A stretch of 60,099 nt of DNA, taken from positions 70,622 to 130,720 of the forward strand of contig JACIWB010000001.1 of the NCBI GenBank assembly GCA_014361245.1, written 5' to 3'. Origin of the DNA: Thermoplasmatales archaeon. GTDB lineage: Archaea > Thermoplasmatota > E2 > UBA202 > JdFR-43. The notes beneath the pieces were generated by a model. It did not search any database. It had not been told where the DNA came from and was given only the letters and a program-made list of their open reading frames with translations. Both the position numbers and the translations under genes were made by a program. Below are positions 56,309 through 60,099 of this stretch, piece by piece; the first letter of the stretch is position 1, and each line of letters opens with the position of its first letter.

Positions 56309-57901
56309 TCATTTTTTCTCAAGAGATGCCTTTATTAGTCCATCAAATAAAGGAGATGGCTCCAGCGGGCGGGATGTGAACTCTGGATGAAACTGAGAAG
56401 CTATGAAATAGGGATGGGATGGCAATTCAATGATTTCAACTCTTTTTCCATTTTCAGCAAACCCAGAGAAAACAATTCCATTTTTTTCAAGTATTTCAAA
56501 ATAATCGGGATTTACTTCATATCTATGTCGGTGCCTCTCATAAATTTTCTTCTTCCCATAAACTCTGTATGCAAGAGTATTCTCTTTTATATCTATTTCA
56601 TATTCTCCAAGCCTCATTGTTCCACCCATTTTATACACATTCCTCTGCTCTGGTAGCAATGTTATTATCGGATGCTCTGTATCCTTATCTATCTCCAATG
56701 AATTGCATTTCAGCCCTATCACATTTCTCCCGTATTCAACAATCGCAAGTTGAAAGCCGAAACATATTCCCAAAAAAGGCAAATCATTCTCTCTCGCAAA
56801 TTCAATCGCCATTATTTTGCCCTCCGCCCCCCTCACGCCGAAGCCGCCTGGCACAAGAATTCCATCAACTTTTTCAAGCTCTTCTTTTTTTCCTTTTTCA
56901 AGCTCTTCTGATTCAATCCATACAATATTTACATTCGCGCTGTTTTTTGAGCCCGCATGATGAAAAGCTTCTATTATGCTAAGATAAGAATCTGCAAGAT
57001 GTGTATATTTTCCAACAATTGCTATCCTTACTTCATTTTCAGCATTTTTTATTTGCTCAACAAATTTTTCCCACTCCTTGAGATTTGCCTCCCTGTATGG
57101 AATATTAAATCTTTTCATGATATAAGAAGGGAGCCCCTGTTTTTCCAAGATAAGAGGTATTTCATATATGCAGCTAACATCTGGAGAAGAAAAAACTCCT
57201 TCAACTGGCACATTACAGAAAAGAGATATTTTTTCTTTTGTTTCCTTGCTTAGCTCAGTGGTACTTCTCCCAACTATAACATCTGGATTTATTCCTATTG
57301 CCCTTAATTCTTTAACGCTGTGCTGGGTTGGTTTTGTTTTTTGCTCACCTACAACTTTTAAAACAGGAACAAGAGTTGTATGTACAAACAAAACATTTTC
57401 TCTTCCTTCTTCTACATACATCTGTCTAATTGCTTCAAGAAAAGGCATTGATTCTATGTCCCCTACAGTTCCTCCTATTTCAATCAGGCAGAAATCTGCC
57501 TGGCTTTCTTTCGCAACATTTCTTATCCATCCTTTTATTTCATCAGTAATATGAGGGACAATCTGGACTGTTTTTCCCAAATATTCTCCTTTTCTCTCTT
57601 TTTCAATAACATTTTTATATATTTTTCCGGTGGTTATATTGTTATCTCTTGTAAGTTTTATATCAAGAAATCTTTCATAATTTCCCAAATCAAGATCAAC
57701 TTCTCCGCCATCAGAGAGAACAAAAACCTCTCCATGCTGGTAAGGATTCATTGTTCCCGCATCACAATTTATGTAAGGATCTATTTTTATTGCTGTAACA
57801 GAATAACCTCTGCTTTTTAAAAGCAATCCAATTGAGGAAGTGATTATTCCTTTTCCCAAGCCAGATAAAACCCCTCCTGTTATTCCAATATACTTAGGCA
57901 T
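56309..57901 (-). CDS. pyrG: CTP synthase
   Basis: [17 protein letters not shown] and the GATase segment LGICFGFQL are present. The protein is 530 aa. Confidence 0.95.
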   Translation of the reverse strand: MPKYIGITGGVLSGLGKGIITSSIGLLLKSRGYSVTAIKIDPYINCDAGTMNPYQHGEVFVLSDGGEVDLDLGNYERFLDIKLTRDNNITTGKIYKNVIEKERKGEYLGKTVQIVPHITDEIKGWIRNVAKESQADFCLIEIGGTVGDIESMPFLEAIRQMYVEEGRENVLFVHTTLVPVLKVVGEQKTKPTQHSVKELRAIGINPDVIVGRSTTELSKETKEKISLFCNVPVEGVFSSPDVSCIYEIPLILEKQGLPSYIMKRFNIPYREANLKEWEKFVEQIKNAENEVRIAIVGKYTHLADSYLSIIEAFHHAGSKNSANVNIVWIESEELEKGKKEELEKVDGILVPGGFGVRGAEGKIMAIEFARENDLPFLGICFGFQLAIVEYGRNVIGLKCNSLEIDKDTEHPIITLLPEQRNVYKMGGTMRLGEYEIDIKENTLAYRVYGKKKIYERHRHRYEVNPDYFEILEKNGIVFSGFAENGKRVEIIELPSHPYFIASQFHPEFTSRPLEPSPLFDGLIKASLEKK

Positions 57902-57997
57902 ATCAATAATAGAAAATAGGTTAAAAGAATTTGCGTTTTTTGGTTATCACACCAAACTTTATAGTAATCCTTAAAATCCTCCTTAATATATCTTTTT

Positions 57998-58900
57998 ATG
58001 AAGCTTATTGAATGTGTTCCAAATTTTAGCGAAGGAAGAAATAAAGAAGTAATAGATGCAATAATTAACGAAGTAAGAAAATATAATGTAAAAATATTGA
58101 ACATTCATTCAGATGAAAGCCATAATCGCACTGATGTAACAATACTTGGTGAGCCAGAAGAAGTTAAAAAAGCTGTTCTTGATATGGCAATAAAAGCTGT
58201 TGAGCTTATAGATATGAACAAGCACAGGGGAGAGCATCCAAGAATGGGAGCAATGGATGTTGTTCCGTTTATTCCCATAATGAATTCAACAATGGAAGAA
58301 TGCATAAAAATTGCAAATGAATTTGCCGAAGAATTTTCAAGAATTACAAAAGTTCCCTGCTTTTTATATGAAGAAGCAGCGAAAAAAGAGAGCAGGAGAA
58401 ATCTTGCGGATGTGAGAAAAGGGGAATTTGAAGGGCTTAAAGAAGAGATAGGAAAAAACCCAGACAAAATTCCAGATTATGGACCAAATTCAATTCATCC
58501 AACTGCTGGAGCAACTGCTGTAGGGGCAAGAGAAATTTTAATAGCATTTAATGTAAATCTTGCAACAAATGATGTTGAAATAGCAAAAAAAATTGCGAAA
58601 GCAGTAAGGCATAGCAGCGGTGGCTATAGATATGTTAAGGCAATGGGATTTGAAATAAAGGAAAAAAACATTGTGCAGGTATCGATGAACATGACAAATT
58701 ATAAGCAAACTCCCCTCTTCCGAGTTTTTGAGACAATAAAAAGAGAGGCAGAAAGATATGGGGTAAATGTGCTTTCAAGCGAAATAGTAGGAATGATTCC
58801 TCTTGATGCGTTGGTTGATATTACATCTTTCTATCTGCAGCTCGAAGATTTTAAACCAGAACAAGTTATAGAAAAAAGGTTAATAGAGGTGAGCCAGTGA
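57998..58900 (+). CDS. Glutamate formimidoyltransferase
   Basis: LIECVPNFSEGRN, HNRTDVT and GAMDVVPF are present. Confidence 0.88.
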   Translation: MKLIECVPNFSEGRNKEVIDAIINEVRKYNVKILNIHSDESHNRTDVTILGEPEEVKKAVLDMAIKAVELIDMNKHRGEHPRMGAMDVVPFIPIMNSTMEECIKIANEFAEEFSRITKVPCFLYEEAAKKESRRNLADVRKGEFEGLKEEIGKNPDKIPDYGPNSIHPTAGATAVGAREILIAFNVNLATNDVEIAKKIAKAVRHSSGGYRYVKAMGFEIKEKNIVQVSMNMTNYKQTPLFRVFETIKREAERYGVNVLSSEIVGMIPLDALVDITSFYLQLEDFKPEQVIEKRLIEVSQ

Positions 58901-59472
58901 AAAGCATCGAAGAATTTCTGGAGGAGCTGGCAAGTGCGTCGCCCGCTCCTGGCGGGGGGAGTGTTGCTGCGCTCGGGGGGGCAATTGCCTGCGGGCTTGC
59001 GGAGATGGTGTGCAATCTTACCATTGGGAAGAAAAAGTATGTAAGCGTTGAGGAGGAAATGAAGGCAAGGGTTGAAGGGTTAAAAGAAATGAGGAGAGAA
59101 TTTCTTGAGCTTGTTGAAGAAGATGCAAATGCTTTTAATGAGGTAATCAAAGCGATAAAAGAGAAGAGGGGGGAGGAAGAAGCATACAAGAAAGCTTGTG
59201 AAGTGCCTGCAAAAACTGCTGAGAAATGCGTGGTTTTGGCAAGAGAAATAAGGGAAATTGCTGAAAAGGGAAATAAAAATTCAATAAGTGATGCGGGGGT
59301 TGCAATGCTTTTTTCATATGCCTCATTCCATTCAGCGATTATGAATGTAAAAATAAATCTTGCATGCATTCAAGATGAACCTTATAAGCAAAATATGGCT
59401 AAAAAGATAGAGGAAATGGTGAAAGAAATTGAGGAAATAAAAAAGGAAACAATGCAAATTGTGGGCTTATAA
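58897..59472 (+). CDS. Formimidoyl-THF cyclodeaminase / cyclohydrolase-family protein
   Basis: SASPAPGGGSVAALGGAIACGLAEMV is present. The GTG start overlaps the upstream TGA (GTGA). Confidence 0.85.
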   Translation: MKSIEEFLEELASASPAPGGGSVAALGGAIACGLAEMVCNLTIGKKKYVSVEEEMKARVEGLKEMRREFLELVEEDANAFNEVIKAIKEKRGEEEAYKKACEVPAKTAEKCVVLAREIREIAEKGNKNSISDAGVAMLFSYASFHSAIMNVKINLACIQDEPYKQNMAKKIEEMVKEIEEIKKETMQIVGL

Positions 59473-59694
59473 AATAAATAGCTGAAATTCACGAATATTC
59501 CTATTTTTTAGATTATTTTGTTGCACAGATTAATCATGCTCATAAGATTAATTGCTCTTACGCTTTTTAAATATCTTTTTAATCTTGAAAAAATATTCTT
59601 TGTTAAATCTAAGAAAGAGATGAATTTGCATTTCTTCAGTTATGGGAAAGATACTATTTTTCTATTTAGTCCTAATTTATTTATTCTACATGCC
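59463..59694. mobile_element. MITE-like, internally deleted derivative (~232 bp) of the IS5-type element at 31.8 kb, in inverted orientation
   Basis: 59521-59610 (ttgcacagattaatcatgctcataaga..ttaattgctcttacgc..aatcttgaaaaaatattctttgttaaatct) aligns to the reverse complement of 32497-32610 with one ~23-nt gap. The ends are GGGCTTATAAAATAAATA (59463) and TTTATTTATTCTACATGCC (59676-59694). The latter is identical over 19 nt to 32671-32689. Confidence 0.65.
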
Positions 59695-59738
59695 AGCAAA
59701 GAGCAAAACCTTTATATAAAAAAATTTTATTTAAGACT

Positions 59739-60099
59739 ATGAGGAGAAAAACATGCAGTATTGTTGTAGTATTGCTGTTAACTATTTCTCCTTTTATTTC
59801 AACAATTTCTAACGCAAAAATTATTTCTGGAGATGGAGATATTTCTCAAGAAGATACAAGTGGTGGATTTGTTAAAATATACGGCTACAAACGTTTTGCC
59901 CAATCGTTTACTCCGCCTATTAAAGGAAAACTAATGAGTGTTTCAATATATGTTGGAAAAAAGACATTTTCTTATAATTCAGATAATTCTATTTTAAATA
60001 AAATTCGTATCCTTGGCAAATCTTCTCTTAAAGATATAATCTCTCTACTCATTTCAAAAATCCTAGGTAAAAATAAGAAAAGCGAAGGATACAGTAGCT
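59739..60099 (+). CDS. Secreted hypothetical protein, partial (runs off window)
   Basis: ATG 59739 gives MRRKTCSIVVVLLLTISPFISTISNAKIISGDGD..., a signal peptide. The frame is open to the window end and the ORF is absent from the track for that reason. Confidence 0.6.
   Translation, partial: MRRKTCSIVVVLLLTISPFISTISNAKIISGDGDISQEDTSGGFVKIYGYKRFAQSFTPPIKGKLMSVSIYVGKKTFSYNSDNSILNKIRILGKSSLKDIISLLISKILGKNKKSEGYSS

Noticed and set aside
58866-59369. 167-aa minus-strand ORF
   Set aside because: It is antisense to the cyclodeaminase gene (SASPAPGGGSVAALGGA motif on the plus strand). It is a Ser/Ala/Leu-rich shadow ORF.
59518-59742. 74-aa plus-strand ORF
   Set aside because: It lies inside the MITE-like IS derivative. 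Its sequence is the antisense of a decayed transposase 3' end.

Overview
AT-rich archaeal chromosome segment. Archaeal markers are a membrane-inserted LonB, ribosomal protein S8e, SRP19, mevalonate kinase and an archaeosortase; assigning it to a Thermoplasmata-like euryarchaeon is only a guess. All homology calls come from reading motifs in the supplied translations, since no searches could be run. Layout: (i) 1-16.8 kb is a surface-protein region. It holds a partial CARDB-like protein on the minus strand (absent from the ORF track because it runs off the window). Divergent from it is a five-gene, translationally coupled 14-kb operon of giant PKD / beta-helix / cadherin-like / Fn3-like proteins. 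The first and last products of the operon carry archaeal pilin-type (class III) signal peptides, and the middle contains an adjacent dockerin/cohesin pair. (ii) 16.8-31.8 kb is housekeeping: lonB, a cold-shock protein, a MiaB-like enzyme, xseAB, archaeosortase plus phosphatidylserine decarboxylase, sucCD, tRNA-Gly and tRNA-Pro, a PUA-PAPS-reductase fusion, mvk and glnA. (iii) ~31.8-43.1 kb is a mobile/defence island. It carries a decayed IS5-like element, a truncated integrase, a PKD protein, an IS remnant, an MvaI/BcnI-like type II R-M with an AbrB-like gene, an uncharacterised radical-SAM + TcmP-like module with its own small DNA-binding proteins, and an IS4-like transposase. (iv) 43.1-60.1 kb is core again: response regulator, class I fumarase, XPF-like nuclease, rpe, tRNA-Leu, S8e, SRP19, TrpB2, pyrG and an FtcD pair. 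This stretch is interrupted by a GC-richer serine-recombinase patch and a ~230-bp MITE-like derivative of the IS. The best candidates for something undescribed are the rSAM/TcmP cassette in the island and the pilin-bracketed cohesin-dockerin surface operon. No CRISPR array and no rRNA genes were seen.
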